Source of the DNA: Octopus sinensis
Taxonomy: Eukaryota
Length of the DNA stretch: 64,000 nt
NCBI RefSeq assembly: GCF_006345805.1
Contig: NC_043000.1
Span: forward strand, 82,584,001-82,648,000
Direction: 5' to 3'
In this document: in pieces, positions 62,817 to 64,000 of the stretch
Numbering within the stretch: the first letter of the stretch is position 1
Layout: each line of letters starts with the position of its first letter
Position numbers and translations under genes: made by a program
Notes under the pieces: model-generated
Database searches by the model: none
What the model saw: only the letters and a program-made list of their open reading frames with translations
Told to the model about the DNA's origin: nothing

Positions 62817-64000
62817 TGGAGTCTCCCTATGTCCTGATTAATGATACATCTAGTGATGGTGTCACAATATAAACACTGGTAATTGCGCAACCTGATAATC
62901 GCTACCTCATATGAGTCACAATGAATAAACAAAATGTTGTGAATAACGGGGGTAATGAAACTGGAGCCATTGATGGTGACAGTGTTGCACCCGGCAGGCT
63001 CAGAGATTCTGGTCCGGCTTCAGCCTGTTCATATCCAGAAAGGGACCACAACATACGACGTAGATGGAGCAAGCAAATTAATGCTGTGGTCATGGAGTAT
63101 TACTACCTGAGCAACCCGGTAGATGAAAACGGTGCCCAAATTAGGGGTTACCGATAACGTATGTATGATCATTGGAGGGAAAAGGGATTGTTTCAACTCA
63201 CGGAAACGAGATTATGTGATCAAGCTAGAGTAATAAGAAAAATCGTTGGTTCACAGAAGCAGAGCTCGAAGCTATCAAAAGACGGGACTTGGGAAATAGC
63301 AGTAGAGATAACGATGAAAATACAGTTCTTACTAATATGAGTAATCTCATAGCACAGGAAAGGAGCAGTGGTAATTTACTTGACGAGAGGCATATAGATG
63401 ATCTAAAAGAAGACAATAAAACTAATGGTGACATGACAGATGAACAAAAGGCAATCTACGACAGAATAAAGGCAAGACTACAGGAGAAAGATAGCGACAT
63501 TATTTGCAACCTTAAAAAGGTTGACCGGTGAAAGTTGAACCAAGAAACGAAAAATGTCAATGATATTCTGAAATACATCAGAACAAACATCACAGAAACA
63601 AATAATTTGATCAAGGCAGCAAGTATTGTTGTAGCAGAAAATGTGGGGGTTGATGTCAAGAAAAAGAAACATAATGGGAGTGACAAAAGAAAAGATCCGT
63701 GGTGGAAAAAAGGAATCCAGGCAGGGTTAGATATGCCCTCGAAAGAAATTTCTGTATTAGAGCGAAAAGAGAAAGGGGGGCTTAAAAGCGAACAAAAATA
63801 CAGGGCGCTGAAAAGGAAGAATAATATTGAAAGAAAGGACAGGAAAATGTTAATGGAAGAACTGAAACAACGCCTCGTTGCAAAGACAGCAAAGATGGTA
63901 AGATACGACCAAAGAATGATGGGTTACCACCAGAATAGGATATTCAGAGGAGATCAGAAGTGATTTTATAAAGAAATACATGGAGAGTGTACAGATGAAA
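62816..64000 (+). mobile_element. 5' end of an R4/Dong-type LINE (N-terminal region, decayed; runs off window)
   Basis: RRRWSKQINAVVMEYYYLSNP, GYR*RMYDHW and LCDQARVIRK-WFTEAELE, typical of R4-clade N-termini; stops and frameshifts. Confidence 0.8.

Overview
This is AT-rich eukaryotic (metazoan) non-coding DNA saturated with microsatellites and decayed transposons. The SINE families and repeat density suggest a coleoid cephalopod, probably Octopus (inference, not database-checked). No host protein-coding gene can be called with confidence, and most ORFs in the track are microsatellite or antisense artefacts. There is one 100-N assembly gap (8844-8943). Recognisable content: (i) Tc1/mariner elements, namely two near full-length DD34D mariners with TIRs and TA TSDs, an irritans-like fragment, two DD37D/maT relics and a fold-back mariner MITE; (ii) non-LTR retrotransposon relics of L1/Tx1 type (ORF1 zinc knuckle, APE, RT) and of R4/Dong type (CCHC plus restriction-like endonuclease), the latter clustered between (TAA)n arrays; (iii) three tRNA-headed SINE families, several with clean 13-19 bp TSDs; (iv) Penelope-like remnants. 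The most unusual signal is a set of minimal type I hammerhead-ribozyme-like motifs of the Penelope/retrozyme type. Several keep all three stems but carry non-canonical cores (CUGUUGA, CUGUCGA, UUGAAAA), and one sits in both arms of a 369-bp palindrome. Several other long fold-back hairpins accompany them. One SINE family also forms head-truncated tandem units joined at a fixed GGTATTT junction.
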